DNA of 64,000 nucleotides from Utricularia gibba (Eukaryota; Plantae; Magnoliophyta): NCBI GenBank assembly GCA_002189035.1, contig NEEC01000024.1, positions 434,001 to 498,000 of the forward strand, read 5' to 3'. Shown piece by piece: positions 58,571 to 64,000 of this stretch (position 1 is its first letter; each line of letters starts with the position of its first letter). The notes under the pieces were generated by a model. It saw only the letters and a program-made list of their open reading frames with translations, ran no database searches and was not told where the DNA came from. The position numbers and the translations under genes were made by a program.

Positions 58571-61500
58571 TGTTAGTGTATGTGTTCTAGAGACAATCAA
58601 CTCATTGGCAAATCTTATCTTATGATATTTACTTTGAATTGTGATCAAATTTATATCATTGATAAAATCCTCTACTTGATCTATGTGCTATAGAAATTAT
58701 GATGAGATCATAATGTGAGATTCTTCAAGCACTCATGATCAAGTTAAAAATGTGAGAGTCATTTTTAGTGCATATAGTTGTTGGCTACCATCAAGCTCTC
58801 CACTACACATGACATGTTCGAATTATGGAATTAGATTCATGGTGGGTTGGCTTAACTGATTTTATCAACTTGTTGATTAAAGCCAAGGTTGGTAAAATTG
58901 GAGGAAAGGTTGAGGTAAATGGTTTTAACATCAAGAGTTGATGACTCAATGATGCAGTGGTTGTATGATAGATACAATTAGCATGAGATGACTACCTGTT
59001 TCATTCATTAAAACTTGTTGGCTACAGTCAAGGTGGAGATGAATGAAATGGGACACTATCCCACTAAGAAAAATCTGATTTTCTCGTTTTGTCAGTAAGG
59101 GGCTGCCATCTCGAAAAACATAGTGGGAGTATATCACATCTAATAAAGACCAGTTAGATGTGATTTAAGGAACACTACATGATGTGTTTGCTTTCTCTTC
59201 TTCAGGTTGAAGATATGTCTTCCACCGTGAATTTGAGATCCATTCTAGAGTCCAACAAGTTGGTTGGCTCGAATTTTACTGATTGGCACCGCAATTTGAG
59301 AATTGTTCTCAAGGCGGAGAAGATTGCTTACATCCTTGAGCAAGATGTTCCTGCACAACCCAGGGCTAATGCAGCTGAAGATGTTTGGCGTGCATGTCAG
59401 AAGTATCTAGATGATGCTGAGCTTGTCTCCTGTATCATGCCTTCTTCGATGGCCCCTGATCTCCAAAAACAGCATGAGGCGATGACTTGCCAACAGATGA
59501 TAACACACCTCAAGGATCTATTTGGTGAGCACTCATGACTTGAAAGGTTCAAGACATCAAAGATGTTCAATTGTCGTTTGGCAGAAGGAAGTTCTGCTGC
59601 TGATCATGCGACATTGATGTTGAGTTACATTGAGAAGTTGTCCACTCTTGTTTTTGTGTTGGATAAGGACTTGAGTATTGACTTAATCCTTACCTCACTA
59701 CCTGATAGCTACTCACAATTTGTGATGAACTATCAGATGAACAAGATGGATCAAACTGTTCTTGAATTGATTCAGTTACTCAAGTCTGTTGAGACAACTA
59801 TCATAAAGGAACAAAAGAATGTCATGCTTGTCTCTTCAAGGAAAAAGGTTTCCAAGAAGAAGAGTCAAGACAAGAAACTCAAAGCTAAAAGTGAGATCAA
59901 GAAGAAGAAGCCTGTTGAAAAACCGGCTAAGGGTGAATGCTTTCATTGTGGGAAATCTGGTCATTGGAAGAGAAACTGCAAAGCCTATCTAGAGTCAATC
60001 AAGGGCAAGAAGCAGAATGAGAATTCAGCTTCAGGTATACACATGATTGAGATTAATACTACTATCAAGAATGGTTCTTGGGTGTTAGATTCTGGTTGTG
60101 GTGCTCACATTTGCACTAACATGCAGGACCTAATGAGTAGTAGAATCTTGAAGAAAGGCGATGTTGACCTACGAGTTGGGAATGGTGCACGAGTTGCTGC
60201 CATGGCAGTTGGGACTTGCCACATCGCCCTACCTTCTGGATTATCTCTTGAATTAGATTCTGTTTATTGTGTTCCCTCATTGTCTAAGAACATCGTCTCT
60301 ATTTCTTGTTTGGACAAGATTGCTTTTGAGTTTTATATAAAGAACAATTGTTGTTCCATATGAAGAGGGAGTGTGCATTATGGTACTGCTACAATAGTAA
60401 ACGGAATATATGTTTTGGATCAGCATGATTCAGAACAAATTAACATGTGCATAAAAAGGACAAGGATTGACAACATCTTGAATTCTTACCTCTAACATTT
60501 TCGTTTAGGCCATATAAACAAGAAGCGTGTTGAGTACTTATATCGATTGGGATATTTGGACTCAGAAGATTTTGAATCTTATGAAACATGCGAATCTTGT
60601 TTATTGGGAAAAATGACAAAGCAACCTTTTCTAGGAAAAGGAGCAAGAGCTGAAAACTTATTGGATTTAATACATTCTGATGTATGCGGTCCAATGAGCA
60701 TCACTACTAGAGGGGGTTTCTCGTATTTCATCACTTTTACAGATGACCATTCAAGATATGGACGCATCTACTTGATGAAACGAAAATCTGAAGCCTTTGA
60801 AAAGTTCAAAGAGTTTCGGATGGAGGTCGAGAACCAGCTTGAGTGTTCCATCAAGAAACTTCGATCAGATCGTGGTGGCGAATACTTGAGTAATGAATTC
60901 AAGAATCATCTGAAGGACAATGGTATTGTCTCAGAAAGAACTCCTCCTGATACACTTGAGCACAATGGTGTTTCTGAGAGGAGAAATCGAACTTTGCTTG
61001 ACATGGTTCGATCCATGATGAGTTTTTCGGAACTACCAAAGTCCATGTGGGGATATGCTTTAGAGGCAGTGGCTCATGTTTTGAACAAAGCCCCATCGAA
61101 ATCGATTGAAACCACTCCTTATGAGATTTGGACTGGTAGAAAACCGAGTTTCTCCTACCTCAAAGCTTGGGAATGCCCTGCTTATGTAAGAAGGTTGAAG
61201 TCAGATAAGTTGGAGAACAAATCTGACAAGTGTCTCTTTCTGGGATATCCACAAGAAACCATGGGATACTACTTCTATAATCCTCAAGAGGGAAAGGTTT
61301 TCATCTCGAGGAATGCTGTCTTTTTGGAGAAAGAGTTTCTCCTCAAAGAAGCAAGTGGGAGTCGTTTTGAACTTTAGGAGATGTTTGAGAACGAGCCAGT
61401 GACACCTATAGAGACGCCAGTGGGTGACTCAAAAGGTAATCTAGGCTCACCATCTCGAAATTGTGTCCCAGAAGCTTGTAATGTACCAGTGAGCAATCAA

Positions 61501-64000
61501 CCTGAGCAATCTGACTTGCCAAATGTACCAAGCACGTTTTCTGCCAGAAGATCAGTCCGAAAACGTAACCCTATTGTGAGATATGGTTTCATTGTTGATG
61601 CCGAAGGCATAGGAGACCTCATATTAGATGAGGAACCTCGGACTTATGACGAAGCAATCAATAGTGCTGAGTCAAGTAAATGGCTTGTTGCCATGAGGGC
61701 AGAAATGGATTCCATGTATGAGAATAATGTTTGGACATTGGTCAATGCTCCAGAGGGAGTAAATCCTATTGGATGCAAATGGGTATTCAAAAGGAAAACT
61801 GACATGGATGAAAATACATCTACCAGTAAGGCACAACTTGTGGCAAAAGGATATCGTCAGAAACAAGGTGTTGATTCTGATGTAACCTTGTTGCCTATGG
61901 CTATGCTGAAGTCCATTCGATTTTTGCTTGCCATTGCTGCTCATTTTGATTATGAGATGTGGCAGATGGATATGAGAGGAAGTGTGCATGACACAACCTG
62001 AAGGTTTTACACAAGATCGTAGTAAAGTGTGTAAACTGAACAAATCCATCTATGGGCTAAAGCAAGCTTCAAGAAGTTGGAACATCAAATTTGATGAGAC
62101 AATCAAAGAGTTTGGTTTCTCTCAAAAGGAAGATGAACCTTGTGTATACAAGAAGGTAGATGGCTTGGCAATCGTATTTCTCATACTATATGTGGATGAC
62201 ATATTAGTAATGGGAAATGATGTTGCAACAATGCAATCGGTAAAAATCTGGTTATCCAAGAGCTTTTCAATGAAAGATCTTGGAGATGCGGCTTATATAT
62301 TGGGCATAAAGATCTATAGAGATAGATCAAGGAGATCGATTGGATTATCACAATCAACCTACATCGATAAAGTGTTAAAGAGGTTTAACATGGTTGATTC
62401 CAAAAGAGGTTTATTGGCCATGACACACAAGGCACTTTCAAAAGTGATGTGCCCCAAAATAGAAGAAGATAGGGATTATATGGCTCGAATTCCACATGCT
62501 TCTCCTATTAGGTCAACAATGTATACCACGCTGTGTACTAGACCAGATGTGTCATATGCTTTAAGTGTTGCAAGCAGATATCAGTTGAACTCTAGAATGG
62601 ATCATTGGACTGCACTCAAGAGCATTCTTAAGTACTTAAGAAGGACTAAAGACATGTTCCTTATTTATGGTGGTCAAGATCTCGAAATGGGAGAATATGT
62701 TTCCAATCTCATTTGACTTGACGTCTCAATCAATATACATATTCACCCTAAATGGAGGTGCAGTCACTTAGAAAAGTTCTAAGCAAGACTGCTCATTCAC
62801 AATGGAACTAGGACGTCCATGGAGTACATAGAGTCCATTGGTATAAGATACATGTTTGATTGGCTCTAGTACAAGTGGGAGATTGTTAGTATATGTGTTC
62901 TAGAGACAATAAACTCATTGGCAAATCTTATCTTTTGATATTTACTTTGAATTGTGATCAAATTTATATCATTGATAAAATCCTCTACTTGATCTATGTG
63001 CAATACAAAATATGATGAGATCATAATGTGAGATTCTTCAAGCACTCATGATCAAGTTAAAAAACTCCCTAGCTAGACTATTTGTGAAATGAGGATATCA
63101 CAAATACGGATAAGCTGGCACATATTGAGTTCCCTAAATTGTTTAGCCAATGGTTCTCACAATTGATGTAATGAGATTACTAGAACCTATGTGTGGGTGT
63201 CGATTAGAGAATCAATTCACCGGATGACTCATCTTCGAGATGCTACTATGGGAAGCTAACCAAGTGTCAGTAGCAAGATCTCGAATATGACAGCCGTGCA
63301 ATTAAGCTTAGACTTGAGGTCAACAAAGTTATCTTAATCTTAAGCTCACATTTTCGCTCATTACTAATGGGAGCCTAACCATGGCTTGCCTAGTATGGAT
63401 GAGTAGGGATGTGACTTCCTAAGGTTGGAGATAGTTGATTGATCAATAAAGGATTCATCACTCATGTTAGCAATGAGATCATATCTCAAGTAATTTCATC
63501 AAAGCCTAACAGTAAGTCCTGGGCCCAGGGTAATGACACTCGAATTGTTTGTGTAGGTCATTGAGTGTTAGTGCTTGAATGCAATTATAATTTCGATAAA
63601 TCAGAAAGACACACACCCATGTTCTGGTACCGAATGAGATATAAGTATGATGAAAGGTGTTCATTGCATGATGGCTGGTCATGGAAAGGCTCAATCAGTT
63701 CACCTGATTGTTCTTACATCTTGGGGATCATGATATGTTGCTAGACATCACTTTTGATCGATAATGATGGATTTTATTAATTAAGAGTTAATTAATAAAT
63801 CCATTATTACGGCCTTGATTGAAGAAGCCTATAGGGTCACACACAATAGTGGAGTCACTCAACGATATAAAATAGAATGACACAATTACATGAGATGTAA
63901 TTGGTAAAGTGCATAAATTAAATTGAGAGTTATTTTGAGATTAATATTGATTAAACTCAAAATAAAAGATCATATATAGATAAGATTTGGAACATATACA
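58571..64000 (+). mobile_element. Angela-lineage Ty1/copia element (5' LTR truncated to 58571..58750; 3' LTR from 62884 runs off the window)
   Basis: Both LTRs start TGTTAGT.TATGTGTTCTAGAGACAAT (about 6 differences in 180 bp). PPT AAGTGGGAGAT at 62873..62883. No intact PBS was seen. Confidence 0.88.
59215..62716 (+). pseudogene. Copia gag-pol polyprotein, disrupted
   Basis: LRSILESNKLVGSNFTDWHRNLRIVL (gag); CFHCGKSGHWKRNC; WVLDSGCGAHIC (PR); HSDVCGPM..FTDDHSRYG..RSDRGGEY..NGVSERRNRTL (INT); NKSIYGLKQASRSW, LYVDD (RT). Stops at about 59536, 60361, 60494 and 61375, frameshift at about 61975, RNase H largely deleted. Confidence 0.93.

Noticed and set aside
58780-58800. tggctaccatcaagc as a possible tRNA-Met PBS of the Angela element
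   Set aside because: It is a poor match to TGGTATCAGAGC and does not follow the LTR end (..tccaaca), so the PBS appears deleted.

Overview
Plant (angiosperm) genomic window that is mostly nested, decayed LTR-retrotransposon DNA around one host gene. The gene is a two-exon GT-2-clade trihelix transcription factor on the minus strand (16122..14120). Its four apparent frameshifts are all consistent with single-base losses in G/C homopolymers, so they may be consensus errors. I resolved 11 solo LTRs by their TG..CA ends and perfect or one-mismatch 5-bp target-site duplications (TSDs), plus one weaker candidate. They belong to several Athila-type LTR families (my labels A, B, C, D, F) and to the Tat, CRM-like, Tekay-like and Angela lineages. 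There is also a 13.4-kb TSD-flanked Athila composite (29004..42415) with a scrambled interior, and a degenerate Angela-type Ty1/copia element that runs off the right edge. No intact autonomous element is present. Three observations stand out. (1) Tat elements carry a spliced, four-exon antisense accessory gene, with three intron positions and an SV40-like NLS conserved between diverged copies. (2) One TSD-flanked Tat element has 49-bp inverted ends in place of a normal 5' LTR. (3) Athila U5 motifs complementary to the 5' part of the primer tRNA-Asp recur across several families. All alignments were done by eye. Family and lineage names come from recalled motifs, not from database searches.
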